Shown in pieces: positions 18,417 through 27,042 of a stretch of DNA of 64,000 nt. The stretch is from an uncultured Eubacteriales bacterium (lineage in GTDB: Bacteria; Bacillota; Clostridia; TANB77; CAG-508), in the NCBI GenBank assembly GCA_949288185.1, contig CASEIZ010000024.1, positions 74,303 to 138,302 on the forward strand, written 5' to 3'. A program made the translations under genes and the position numbers. The notes under the pieces were generated by a model, which was not told where the DNA came from, did not search any database, and saw nothing but the letters and a program-made list of their open reading frames with translations. Each line of letters begins with the position of its first letter. The first letter of the stretch is position 1.

Positions 18417-18447
18417 ACACCACTATTGGTGTGTATGGTACACACCA
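18417..18447 (+). promoter_or_regulatory. three ACACCA-type half-sites forming mutually exclusive hairpins / operator upstream of the abrB-like gene
   Basis: ACACCA(18417-22) ctat TGGTGT(18427-32). TGGTGTGTA(18427-35) tgg TACACACCA(18439-47). Confidence 0.35.
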
Positions 18448-18481
18448 AAAATCTAAAGGAGATAATAAGAGTGAAAACTTA

Positions 18482-18509
18482 TTGACATAGAATGATAATT
18501 AAATAAAAT
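18482..18509 (+). promoter_or_regulatory. sigma-A-like promoter for the abrB-like gene
   Basis: TTGACA, 16-nt spacer, TAAAAT, 22 nt before the start codon region. Confidence 0.5.
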
Positions 18510-18530
18510 AAGAAAGAAGGAAGAATTGTA

Positions 18531-18794
18531 ATGAAAAGTACAGGAATAATTAGACGAGTAGATGAACTAGGAAGGGTAGTAATTCCAAAAGAAATTAGGG
18601 AAACTTTTAATATAAAAGAAAAATCGCAAATAGAAATCTATGTAGATAAGGGAAGAATTGTTTTAGAAAAAGCAACTATAACTTGTCAATTTTGTGGAAG
18701 TGAAGAAAACTTAAAGGGATTTAATGGCAAAGCCATTTGTACTAAATGCTTGAAAAAATTACAAGAAAACAAAGTAGAAAAAATAGAATATTAA
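18531..18794 (+). CDS. AbrB/SpoVT-family DNA-binding protein with C-terminal double-CxxC zinc ribbon
   Basis: MKSTGIIRRVDELGRVVIPKEIRETFNIKEKSQIEIYVD is the swapped-hairpin AbrB N-domain. The tail carries CQFCG...CTKC. Confidence 0.85.
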   Translation: MKSTGIIRRVDELGRVVIPKEIRETFNIKEKSQIEIYVDKGRIVLEKATITCQFCGSEENLKGFNGKAICTKCLKKLQENKVEKIEY

Positions 18795-18800
18795 GAATAA

Positions 18801-18826
18801 AAAATACCGATTTTATTCGGTATTTT
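18801..18826. terminator. bidirectional terminator between abrB-like and hup
   Basis: AAAATACCGA ttttat TCGGTATTTT, flanked by A-run and T-run. Confidence 0.75.
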
Positions 18827-18831
18827 AAAAT

Positions 18832-19107
18832 TTATTTATTAACAGTTTCTTTTAATGCTTTACCAGCTTTAAATACTGGAGAAGTAGAAGCTGGAATTTT
18901 CATTTCAGCACCAGTTTGAGGATTTCTACCTTTTCTAGCTGCTCTATTTCTTGTTTCAAAAGTTCCAAATCCAACTAATTGAACTTTTCCACCATTTTTT
19001 AATTCATCAGAAATTATTTCGATTAAAGCATTTAATGCTTTTTCAGTAGAAGTTTTTGAATCTGAAATTTTTAAAGCCATTGCACTAACTAATTCACTTT
19101 TGTTCAT
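18832..19107 (-). CDS. hup: HU-family DNA-binding protein
   Basis: MNKSELV...VQLVGFGTFETRNRAARKGRNPQTGAEMKIPAS is the canonical HU/IHF signature. Confidence 0.95.
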   Translation of the reverse strand: MNKSELVSAMALKISDSKTSTEKALNALIEIISDELKNGGKVQLVGFGTFETRNRAARKGRNPQTGAEMKIPASTSPVFKAGKALKETVNK

Positions 19108-19277
19108 TTTTCATTCCTCCTTTCGACAAAATATATCTTTTGTAGCTACGACAAATTTATCAAAATAATTTAATAAAGTCAATATAATAGGTGGATATAA
19201 ATAAAATAAATAAAATTTATAGTTTTTTTGAAAAAAATATGTTATACTTATATTGAATGTAAAGGTAGGTGATTAAA

Positions 19278-19631
19278 ATGCCAAATATTCCAAAGAAAAT
19301 TAATAGTATATTAGAAGAATTTATAGAAGGTGCAAAGAATATTCTTGGCGATAGAATGAAAAAAATAATCCTTTATGGTTCATATGCAAGAGGGGACTAT
19401 AAAAAGGATTCTGATATAGATATAATGATATTAACAGACCTAAAAGATGATGAAATATCAGAATATAGAGATAAAATATGGGAATTTGCTTATAATATTG
19501 AATTTGATAACAATTTTGATATTGCTTTATCACCTTTAATTAAAAATATAGATAAATTCAATTATTGGTTAGAGGCATTACCGTTTTATATTAATGTTCA
19601 AAATGAAGGGGTGGTATTAAGTGAGTCCTAA
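19278..19631 (+). CDS. minimal nucleotidyltransferase (MNT, antitoxin-type of HEPN/MNT modules)
   Basis: ILYGSYARGDYKKDSDIDIMIL matches GSxxRGxxxxxSDxD. ATG 19278 follows AAAGGTAGGTG. Confidence 0.8.
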   Translation: MPNIPKKINSILEEFIEGAKNILGDRMKKIILYGSYARGDYKKDSDIDIMILTDLKDDEISEYRDKIWEFAYNIEFDNNFDIALSPLIKNIDKFNYWLEALPFYINVQNEGVVLSES

Positions 19632-19722
19632 AATTTCAAAAGAATTATCTAAACATAGATTAGAACAAGCAGAAGAATTGATAAAACTAACAGAAAAATA
19701 TATAGAGGTTAAAAAAATATAA
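19621..19722 (+). pseudogene. 33-codon remnant of the partner HEPN gene (internal deletion)
   Basis: GTG overlapping the MNT stop by 11 nt. It reads VSPKISKELSKHRLEQAEE-LIKLTEKYIEVKKI, i.e. a HEPN-like N-terminal helix joined to a C-terminal helix with no Rx4-6H region. Confidence 0.5.
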
Positions 19723-19809
19723 TAATAGATGAAGTATCCTTATGGGTACTTTTATTTTTTTGCCGTTTATGATATGATATGGAAGGTTATAAATAATTAT
19801 AAGTAGAAG

Positions 19810-20112
19810 GTGATAGAAGTGTCAAATCAAGAACAAGAAAAACAAATTACAGAGGAATATGTTGATAATTATTTAGAAGAAAAATTGGAAATAGATAAAA
19901 AATGTATTGTATGCAAATATTATGACTTAAAAGTAATTAAAGATTTATCTGATAAACAAGTAGATGACTTTTTAAGAATAGCAAGAGAAAAATTATTAAA
20001 AAAAGGTTATGAAGTTTATTTTACAGGAGCAAAATTTGTATATCAAAATGCAAATCGTACCGTGCAGGATAATGAATTTATGATTGCCATAAAAGAAGAA
20101 GGGGATTGTTAA
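19810..20112 (+). CDS. hypothetical protein
   Basis: 100-aa ORF with GTG start. No motif. Confidence 0.45.
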   Translation: MIEVSNQEQEKQITEEYVDNYLEEKLEIDKKCIVCKYYDLKVIKDLSDKQVDDFLRIAREKLLKKGYEVYFTGAKFVYQNANRTVQDNEFMIAIKEEGDC

Positions 20113-20171
20113 AATGTTTTTTAAAAATAAATATAATGGTATTTTAGATAAATTGATAGAAAGCAGTTAAC

Positions 20172-20429
20172 ATGAATAAAGAAAAAATTTATAAAGAAGC
20201 AATAAAGGCAGAAACAGAAACCACAATAAACATTTTATATAGTGAAAATAAATTATCAATTTATACAAATAAAGTACCATTACAAAAACAGTTAGTAAAA
20301 ATATTAGGAGAACCTACAAAAGAACATAAGATAAAAAGGTCAATTGCTGGTAGTACATGGGAAATACCATTAGATGATAAAAGTAAGATTTCTAAAATGA
20401 TTCTAAAAGCTAATATATTTGAATTATAA
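20172..20429 (+). CDS. hypothetical protein
   Basis: 85-aa ORF. Weak RBS. Confidence 0.45.
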   Translation: MNKEKIYKEAIKAETETTINILYSENKLSIYTNKVPLQKQLVKILGEPTKEHKIKRSIAGSTWEIPLDDKSKISKMILKANIFEL

Positions 20430-20462
20430 GTAAAAAAGTATAAAAATAGAAGGAGCAGAAAA

Positions 20463-20699
20463 ATGAAAATATTTGATAAATTTACAGTTGAAGAAAGAGA
20501 TTTAATAGGAGAATCTTCAAAGATTGAAGATAGAGATTATAGTATAGATGAAATTAGATACATAAAAAGTAATGTCATAGATAATATTTTTCAAAAAAGT
20601 CATAAAAACGGTGATATGACTAAAGCATTAGAAAACTATTCTGATATTATAGAAAAATTTGATATGATGATAAAGCATGAGAAAATGATGACTATATAA
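20463..20699 (+). CDS. hypothetical protein
   Basis: AAGGAGCAG RBS. 78-aa ORF. Confidence 0.5.
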   Translation: MKIFDKFTVEERDLIGESSKIEDRDYSIDEIRYIKSNVIDNIFQKSHKNGDMTKALENYSDIIEKFDMMIKHEKMMTI

Positions 20700-20745
20700 A
20701 TTGATTAGAAAAGAAAAATTAAACTCTAATAAAACAAAATTTTTT

Positions 20746-20788
20746 AGGAAAAGAGGAGCTTTAAAACAGCTTTTCTTTTCCTTTTTTA
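20746..20788 (+). terminator. rho-independent terminator
   Basis: AGGAAAAGAGGAGCT ... AGCTTTTCTTTTCCT (two G-U pairs) followed by T6. Confidence 0.65.
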
Positions 20789-20852
20789 TATAAAACAAAT
20801 GATTTCTTTATTTTTTTAAATTTTTATGATATTATGACGAAAGAGTAGAGAT

Positions 20853-22238
20853 ATGGGAGAAAATAAAATGTGTGAAAATATGTTAGATAAAATAGAAATT
20901 AAAAAAATAGAAAAAGAACAATTTGAAGAGTATAAAGATGAAATAGAAAAAATACATAGTGAAAACGTATTTCCAAATAACGGTTATTTAATGGATGAAG
21001 ATTATATCACAAATGCAGAATTTATTTTTGTTGCCGTATCTAACGATAAAGTCGTAGGTTATGCTTCTATAAATACATATGATTATGAACCAGATGAAGG
21101 TGATGACATATGGATAACGATAGAAAAAAATAATATTCAAATTAAACAGATTGTTATAAGTAAAGAATTTCAAGGATTAAAAATAGGAACATACTTATTA
21201 AATAAAGTAAAAGAATATGCAAAAAGTAAAGATATAAAAAATATTTATTTATATGCTTTAGGTGATAATGAAAAAGCTCATAAGTTTTATGAAAGAAATG
21301 GTTTTAAATTATCTGGTATTTGGAGTGCAAAAGAGTATATGGGAATAAAAGATTTTAAAAGCTATCTTTTTGCATATACAAATAAAATGGAATGTAAAGC
21401 AATATTTTTAGATATGGATGGCACATTATTAAATTCTGAAAAAGAAGTATCAGATTATTCAATTAAGATTTTACAAAAAATAAAACAAAAAGGAATAGAA
21501 ATAATCTTAATATCAGGAAGATGTAATAAATCAATTGAGCATATTGTGAAAAATAGAATAAATAATAAAAATGAGATAATTAGATATATTATTTCAACAG
21601 ACGGAACAATGATAAAAGATTTGAAAGAAAACAAAATAATATATCAAAGTAGTTTAAATGAAAAAATGGTAAAAGAGTTAATATATAAATCATATGATTT
21701 TGATACGTCTTTTTATATAATAACTGAAAATAACATGTATAAAGATAATAGAATGAATAAATATCAAACAGAAATTGATAAATGGTATATAAATGGTGAA
21801 TTTTATAATATAGAAGATAATCTAAAAACTATTGACTTTAATAATTTTAGTAAACTAAATGAAAAAGTTAATCGAATATTATTCTTTTCCATGAACTTTG
21901 ATGAATTAAAAGAAATTAATGAAAATATTTTAAAAAATGATGAAATTCAAACATTGTTTAGAAAAGATTATAAGGATTTTAAATTATTGCTAATTTCAAA
22001 TAAATATTCTAAAGCAAAGGGAATAATTGAGATGTGTAAATGTCTAAACATAGCAGTAAAAGATACAATAGCATTTGGCGATTCAGATAATGATATTGAA
22101 ATGCTAAAAATAGCAGGAGAAGGTATTGCAATGAAAAATGCAAAAATAGATTTAAAAACAAATAAAGTTACAGAATTTACTAATAATGAAGATGGTGTAG
22201 CAAAGTATTTAGAAAAGATGTTATTGGAGGAAAAGTAA
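20853..22238 (+). CDS. fusion protein: GNAT N-acetyltransferase + Cof-type HAD phosphatase
   Basis: GNAT motif A FQGLKIGTYLL. From about aa 180, AIFLDMDGTLLNSEKEVS ... GDSDNDIEMLK are HAD motifs I and IV of the Cof subfamily. Confidence 0.8.
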   Translation: MGENKMCENMLDKIEIKKIEKEQFEEYKDEIEKIHSENVFPNNGYLMDEDYITNAEFIFVAVSNDKVVGYASINTYDYEPDEGDDIWITIEKNNIQIKQIVISKEFQGLKIGTYLLNKVKEYAKSKDIKNIYLYALGDNEKAHKFYERNGFKLSGIWSAKEYMGIKDFKSYLFAYTNKMECKAIFLDMDGTLLNSEKEVSDYSIKILQKIKQKGIEIILISGRCNKSIEHIVKNRINNKNEIIRYIISTDGTMIKDLKENKIIYQSSLNEKMVKELIYKSYDFDTSFYIITENNMYKDNRMNKYQTEIDKWYINGEFYNIEDNLKTIDFNNFSKLNEKVNRILFFSMNFDELKEINENILKNDEIQTLFRKDYKDFKLLLISNKYSKAKGIIEMCKCLNIAVKDTIAFGDSDNDIEMLKIAGEGIAMKNAKIDLKTNKVTEFTNNEDGVAKYLEKMLLEEK

Positions 22239-23455
22239 TGAATATAGGAATAGATATAGATGGTGTCTTAACAGATATTGAGCAATGGCAATTAGATTAT
22301 GGAAGTAAAGTTGTATTTGAAAAATACCAGAAAGGAATTATAAACCCAGAAGGATATGATGTAACAGAAATATTTGATGTAGACAAAAATTTAGATGATG
22401 AATTTTGGAGAAAATATTTATATGATTATGCTAAAAATGAACCAGCAAGAAAATTTGCAAATGAAGTAACAAAAAAATTAAGTAATGATGGAAATAAAGT
22501 ATATATTATAACTGCAAGATTTTTAACTGATAGAGATACAGCTGAAGGTCAAAAGATGAGAGAAATAGTAAGAAATTGGTTAAAAGAAAATGAAATTTAC
22601 TATGATGAAATTATATTTAGTCCAGATGATAAATTAGAAATATGCTTAAATAATAATATTGATGTGATGATAGATGATAAAGTAGAAAATATAAATGAAA
22701 TATCAAAACATATACCAGTAATATGCTTTAATGCAGGATATAACAAAGAATGTAAAGGGGAAAATATTTATAGAGCTTATTCTTGGTATGATGTATATAA
22801 TAAGATAAAAGAAATAGAAAACAAAAATAAAATCGTTATATTCGATTGGGGAGGTGTTATAGAGAGTCATAAAGAAGGAGAATATTCAATAGATAGAGCC
22901 ATAATAAACCTTATTAAACATTTTAATAGTAAAGAAGATGAAAAAACGATAGTAGAAAGATACCATGCTCAATCAGTAGAAGATATAACATACCATATCT
23001 ATTTAGAAAATGATAAATGGTTTGAAAAAATAAAAAAAGAATTTAATTTAAAATGTAATTCAGAGGAATTTTACGATTATTACATAAAAGAATTTGATAA
23101 AATTGATTATTACAAAGATGTAGTAGAATTTGCTCATAGCTTAAAAGATAAATGCAAGATAGCTATTTTATCAAATCTTGGATCATTAGATAAGCAAAGA
23201 TTAAATAAACAAGTAGATTTAAAAGAGTTTGATTATGTATGGCTTTCATTTGAATTGAACTGTCGTAAACCAAAAGAGAAAATTTATGAAATAGTAGAAA
23301 AAGAATGTAAGATAGAGCCTAAAAACATTCTATTTATAGATGACAGCAAAGAAAATATTGAAGTAGCAAAAAACAGAGGTTGGAATACTTGTTTAGCAAC
23401 AGGACACGAGCTAGATAAAATAAGAGAAAAAGTGAATAAATTTTTAAACAAATAA
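22238..23455 (+). CDS. two-domain HAD protein: NT5C-like 5'(3')-deoxyribonucleotidase + HAD-IA hydrolase
   Basis: MNIGIDIDGVLTD, GNKVYIITAR and IDVMIDD (NT5C-like). Then IVIFDWGGVIES ... FIDDSKENIEVAKNRGW (HAD-IA). Confidence 0.75.
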   Translation: MNIGIDIDGVLTDIEQWQLDYGSKVVFEKYQKGIINPEGYDVTEIFDVDKNLDDEFWRKYLYDYAKNEPARKFANEVTKKLSNDGNKVYIITARFLTDRDTAEGQKMREIVRNWLKENEIYYDEIIFSPDDKLEICLNNNIDVMIDDKVENINEISKHIPVICFNAGYNKECKGENIYRAYSWYDVYNKIKEIENKNKIVIFDWGGVIESHKEGEYSIDRAIINLIKHFNSKEDEKTIVERYHAQSVEDITYHIYLENDKWFEKIKKEFNLKCNSEEFYDYYIKEFDKIDYYKDVVEFAHSLKDKCKIAILSNLGSLDKQRLNKQVDLKEFDYVWLSFELNCRKPKEKIYEIVEKECKIEPKNILFIDDSKENIEVAKNRGWNTCLATGHELDKIREKVNKFLNK

Positions 23456-23463
23456 TAAGATTT

Positions 23464-24648
23464 ATGACAATATTTATGATAGCAAAGAAATATGATAGAG
23501 TTAAAAAATGGGAGGACAAACTATTGAATGTAATTTTTCTAGATATAGATGGTGTTTTAAATAGTCCAAATTATATAAAAAAATATAAAGAGATGAAAAC
23601 AAGAAAAGGAAGAATATATAAAAATATTGATGATAATGCACTTAATTATCTTAAAGAACTTCAAAATAGATATGATGCTAAAATTGTTCTAACTTCCACT
23701 TGGCGTAAGTGGCGTAACCGTATATCAATAGATAAATTTAAAAAATCTATTAAAGAAAACCCAATTACAGAAGATGAAAGAACAGAAGATTATGCAAATT
23801 TAAGAACATTATATGAAAAATTAAGATTAGAATATGATTTGGATTTGGACGACATGACTGATGATTTGCAGAATAGAATGTTAGAAATACAACTATACTT
23901 ATTGCTTCATAAAGAAATAGAAAAATTTGTCATTTTAGATGATGATGATGAACATTTTTCTGAAATCTTTAAAGAACAATTTGTTCAATGTTGTGCGAAA
24001 GGAGAAGCTTTTGGAGAAAAAGAATTTGAACAAGCCTGTACCAGCTTTAACCAGCAAGAAAGATATATTCCAAATATAGAAGGATTAAAAGAATTACAAG
24101 ACTATTTTGATAAATTAACACAAGCTTACAAAGTTAAGGCAGAGTCACTTTATAGTTCAATCTTAAAAGAAGATTTTGAAGGGGGTTCATTTGATGTATC
24201 TGGTATGCAATATAAAAGATTATATTATTATTTGCCAGATGAAATTAAAGCTCAAGTAGATATAGATTCTTGGAAAAATGGAAGAATTATAACTAATAAC
24301 CAAAGAACCTTTGAGAAAGCTATTATAAATAATGAAGATTATTTTTCTAGTCTAATGTTATTAGAAGCTGGTTCAGATTCTTTACCATTATATAGTATTG
24401 TATTAGAACAAATGGAAATAGATGAGAAAGAAGAAATGCAAATGATGCAAGATTTGATTTCTAAATTATCTGAAGAACAAAAGATGAAATTATTACAATC
24501 AGCTAGACAAAAATATGAAGAACTACAAGAAAATAATTTACACGGCTCTATAAAGAACATAAGAGAGGTTATTCAATATTTGTTTCATGTAGATATTTCA
24601 AAAATACAAATAGATAAAGAGAGTGACTTAGATAAAGAGTTGTATTAG
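23464..24648 (+). CDS. HAD-like domain protein (RNA-repair 'Swiss-army-knife' type HAD) with uncharacterised C-terminal 250 aa
   Basis: VIFLDIDGVLNSPNY...AKIVLTSTWR. The true start may be TTG 23524, 8 nt after GGGAGG. Confidence 0.6.
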   Translation: MTIFMIAKKYDRVKKWEDKLLNVIFLDIDGVLNSPNYIKKYKEMKTRKGRIYKNIDDNALNYLKELQNRYDAKIVLTSTWRKWRNRISIDKFKKSIKENPITEDERTEDYANLRTLYEKLRLEYDLDLDDMTDDLQNRMLEIQLYLLLHKEIEKFVILDDDDEHFSEIFKEQFVQCCAKGEAFGEKEFEQACTSFNQQERYIPNIEGLKELQDYFDKLTQAYKVKAESLYSSILKEDFEGGSFDVSGMQYKRLYYYLPDEIKAQVDIDSWKNGRIITNNQRTFEKAIINNEDYFSSLMLLEAGSDSLPLYSIVLEQMEIDEKEEMQMMQDLISKLSEEQKMKLLQSARQKYEELQENNLHGSIKNIREVIQYLFHVDISKIQIDKESDLDKELY

Positions 24649-24656
24649 ATTAATAG

Positions 24657-24797
24657 TATGATATAAAAATTCAAAAAGTAAATCATTACAATATAGAAAG
24701 TTATGGGTATATTATAAATAATGAATTAACAGATATATCTATGTTAGCAACAGGACATGAATTAGATAAAATAAAAAGTAGTATAAATGAATTTTAA
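24657..24797 (+). pseudogene. chimeric gene scar: MBL-gene fragment fused to 3' end of a HAD-IA paralog
   Basis: 24657-24728 matches 25210-25281 at 68 of 72 nt. 24729-24743 equals 25351-25365 (15 of 15). 24744-24797 encodes LATGHELDKIKSSINEF*, compared with LATGHELDKIREKVNKFLNK* at 23393-23455. Confidence 0.8.
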
Positions 24798-24822
24798 AAT
24801 TTGAAATAAATAGGGGAAAACA

Positions 24823-25536
24823 ATGAAAGTAAGATTATTAGGAACAGGAGCAATATATTCAAAATATAATTGTGCAAGTGAGTTAATAGATGACAAAATA
24901 TTAGTGGATGCAGGAAATGGTGTACTAAAAGAATTAAGAAAAATTAATTATGATTTAACAAAATTAGAAATGATAATTATTACACATCTTCATGCAGACC
25001 ATTATGCAGATTTACCTGCACTAATATTGAATTTAGAAGTAGAGGGAAATTTAAAACCAATATATATTGCTGGACCAAAAGAATTAAAAGAAAACTTAAC
25101 AGCATTGTGTCATATATATTATCAAGATTTTTTTGATAAGTTTTTTGAAGAAAAGATAAAATTCATAGAAATATTGCCAGAAACAAAAGCAATAGAAGTG
25201 TTAAATGATTATGATATAAAAATTCAAAAAGTAAATCATTATAATATAGAAAGCTATGGATATATTATAAATAATAAATTAGGTATTACAGGAGATACTT
25301 GTCTATGTAAAGAAGTATTAAATATATTTGAAAATAGTGAAATTGTAATAACAGATATATCTATGATTGAAGGTACAAATTATCACATGGGAATTGATGA
25401 TATAGAAACAATAAGGAAAACATATAAAAATAAAATGATAGCTACCCATTTAAGAGATGATACAAGGGAAGAATTAAAGAAAAAATGCTTAAAAGATGTA
25501 ATCATAAAAGAAGATGGGGTAGAGATGATAATATAA
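24823..25536 (+). CDS. small metallo-beta-lactamase-fold hydrolase (RNase Z / phosphodiesterase-like)
   Basis: ITHLHADHYADLP (HxHxDH), a later GDT, and IATHL near the C-terminus. 237 aa. Confidence 0.8.
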   Translation: MKVRLLGTGAIYSKYNCASELIDDKILVDAGNGVLKELRKINYDLTKLEMIIITHLHADHYADLPALILNLEVEGNLKPIYIAGPKELKENLTALCHIYYQDFFDKFFEEKIKFIEILPETKAIEVLNDYDIKIQKVNHYNIESYGYIINNKLGITGDTCLCKEVLNIFENSEIVITDISMIEGTNYHMGIDDIETIRKTYKNKMIATHLRDDTREELKKKCLKDVIIKEDGVEMII

Positions 25537-25553
25537 TTATGGAGATGTAAAAT

Positions 25554-26030
25554 ATGGTTTTAGAAGATATTAAAATTATTAATTTATTAGATGATATAGA
25601 GTCTTTAGAAGAGGTTTCAGAATGGATATATGAAGAATGGGAGAAAAAATATAATAGAAAATTGGAAGATATAATTTATCGTTCCAAACATTCTTTAAAT
25701 AGAGATGATATTCCTCAAATGTATATTGCAAAATATGATGATGAAGTAGTAGGATGTGTTTCCATTTGGAGATGTGACTTAAAATCAAGACAAGATTTAT
25801 ACCCATGGATGGCAGCATTATTTATAAAGAAAGAATATAGAAATCAAGGGATAGGTAAATTATTGCAAGAAAAAGTAATAGAAGAAACAAGAAAGATGAA
25901 CTATAAAAACATATATTTAATAACAGAACATGAAAATTATTATGAAAAAACAGGATGGAAATTTTTAGAAAAAGCACCTTTGGAAAATGGTAGTTATACT
26001 AAAATATACAAATATGATTTAATGAAATAA
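25554..26030 (+). CDS. GNAT family N-acetyltransferase
   Basis: Motif A YRNQGIGKLLQ. 158 aa. Confidence 0.8.
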   Translation: MVLEDIKIINLLDDIESLEEVSEWIYEEWEKKYNRKLEDIIYRSKHSLNRDDIPQMYIAKYDDEVVGCVSIWRCDLKSRQDLYPWMAALFIKKEYRNQGIGKLLQEKVIEETRKMNYKNIYLITEHENYYEKTGWKFLEKAPLENGSYTKIYKYDLMK

Positions 26031-26097
26031 TAGATTATGATAAAAATGAACTTATAATTTAATAAGCAAAAACATAAAATATTAGATATATAATTAA

Positions 26098-26235
26098 ATT
26101 GAAAAAAAGTGGCATAAATGGCAAAAAAATTCAATGATTTATATATTTGATGAGCCAACTTCAAATATAGACCTAAAAACGGAGAACAGAATTCAAAAAT
26201 TAGTAGATAGAATTACAAAAGAAAGTACAATTTGA
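26098..26235 (+). pseudogene. 3' remnant of an ABC-transporter ATPase gene
   Basis: Open frame reads ...MIYIFDEPTSNIDLKTENRIQKLVDRITKESTI* (Walker B / D-loop region) with no upstream Walker A or signature motif. Confidence 0.6.
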
Positions 26236-26316
26236 AATATTATGTAAAATATGCTATACTTTAATATGAATTACATATAAATCTTGGACTATTGGGCTAT
26301 CTATAGGAGGATTTTT

Positions 26317-26766
26317 ATGGATGTAAAAACATTACTGGATGTTATAAAAGAATATAATTCTCATGAAGAAGAAATCTTTGATAATGCTACTGATATATTC
26401 ATCTCAAAGGTTCGGATTGAATTTGAAAAGATGTATAGAAATCAGGAATGGACAAAGATGATAGGTGTTTCAGAACTTGGTATTTTCATAACAGAATTAA
26501 GTGATGACTTTCAAAATGTTGAATTTAGAATTTCACCATATATTTCTGGAAGAAACGGAAAAGAATATGAGGAAGAGTATTATAATGATCCACCTTTTAC
26601 AAAATATCTTGAAAGGAAGATGTATTTGGGTGATGAACTATTTGGTTTTCAAGATGAAGATATTCTCGCCTTAAAACCTTACTGTGAATCACTAGAAAGA
26701 AAAGGTTTTGGTTGCTATGTTAGCACAGGCAACAGAGAACTAGTTGTAACAATAAAAATTATTTGA
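26317..26766 (+). CDS. hypothetical protein
   Basis: ATG 6 nt after GGAGGA. 149 aa. No motif. Confidence 0.55.
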   Translation: MDVKTLLDVIKEYNSHEEEIFDNATDIFISKVRIEFEKMYRNQEWTKMIGVSELGIFITELSDDFQNVEFRISPYISGRNGKEYEEEYYNDPPFTKYLERKMYLGDELFGFQDEDILALKPYCESLERKGFGCYVSTGNRELVVTIKII

Positions 26767-26798
26767 TTTTAAAGCCCAAGATATGTTCAAGGCAAAGG

Positions 26799-26826
26799 AG
26801 ATTGCGATTTTTTGCAATCTTTTTTG
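26799..26826 (+). terminator. rho-independent terminator ending the first enzyme operon
   Basis: AGATTGC gattttt GCAATCT followed by T6. Confidence 0.65.
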
Positions 26827-26856
26827 TTATCATTTTTATCTAATGAAAAGGAAGAG

Positions 26857-27042
26857 TCAAAGCTCTTCCTTTTTCATAATCTCTGGACAATTATACATAT
26901 CAAATGCTTCTTTTGAAGTAAGATTATACTTATTTGAACCTGAAGCAATTATTTGTTTCATATGTTCAGCAAATCTTTTTTCATAATCGCTATCACGTCC
27001 TTGTACTACTATTTCAGAGATATTAAAATGTCTTTTTGCCAT
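26857..27042 (-). CDS. hypothetical small protein (only minus-strand gene in the island)
   Basis: 61-aa ORF with AAGGAGG RBS on the minus strand. Its 3' end sits in hairpin AAAGGAAGAG/CTCTTCCTTT. Confidence 0.5.
   Translation of the reverse strand: MAKRHFNISEIVVQGRDSDYEKRFAEHMKQIIASGSNKYNLTSKEAFDMYNCPEIMKKEEL

Noticed and set aside
26783-26986. 67-aa plus-strand ORF
   Set aside because: It starts inside a terminator hairpin and overlaps the better-supported minus-strand gene 26857-27042. No RBS.
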